Below, piece by piece: positions 63,887 to 64,000 of a stretch of 64,000 nt of DNA (position 1 is the first letter of the stretch; each line of letters starts with the position of its first letter). A program made the translations under genes and the position numbers. This stretch comes from Felis catus. Lineage: Eukaryota. The stretch is from NCBI RefSeq assembly GCF_018350175.1, contig NC_058368.1, forward strand, positions 224,318,001-224,382,000. Reading direction: 5' to 3'. The notes beneath the pieces were generated by a model. The model made no database searches. It saw nothing but the letters and a program-made list of their open reading frames with translations, and was not told where the DNA came from.

Positions 63887-64000
63887 AAATAAAGGAAGCC
63901 TGAGTCAGAGTCAAGTAATTAGCTGAAACTTAGGTAACTATTAAGTACAAAATTCTAAAATGCATACCATGACTCTGTAGTTCCAATATGCATCTCTTGC

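Overview
This is AT-rich mammalian genomic DNA from a carnivore, most likely a felid. The evidence is about 35 tRNA-derived CanSINEs, six of them near-identical young cat-type copies, and a felid-type L1. I cannot support any intact protein-coding gene or RNA gene. Almost all ORF-track entries are translations of repeats or microsatellites, and the only recognisable proteins are decayed L1 ORF1/ORF2, a hAT-Charlie transposase and ERVL gag/dUTPase remnants. The main elements are a dead full-length L1 (27250-34770) inside a four-level SINE/SINE/L1/SINE stack, a Charlie1-type DNA transposon, an ancient ERVL provirus, MaLR/ERV LTRs, and L2/MIR fragments. The best leads are: (i) a phase-compatible chain of splice-bounded segments with stops and frameshifts (2.5-10.3 kb, plus a pair at 46 kb) that may be a decayed, unidentified multi-exon gene; (ii) tail-less, TSD-less internal L1 fragments, one joined by microhomology; (iii) a SINE carrying a probable 3' transduction; (iv) a ~98% identical inverted SINE pair; (v) a consensus CTCF motif in the L1 5'UTR. 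Repeat family names come from remembered consensus sequences, not from a search. I found no firm evidence of a new biological system.
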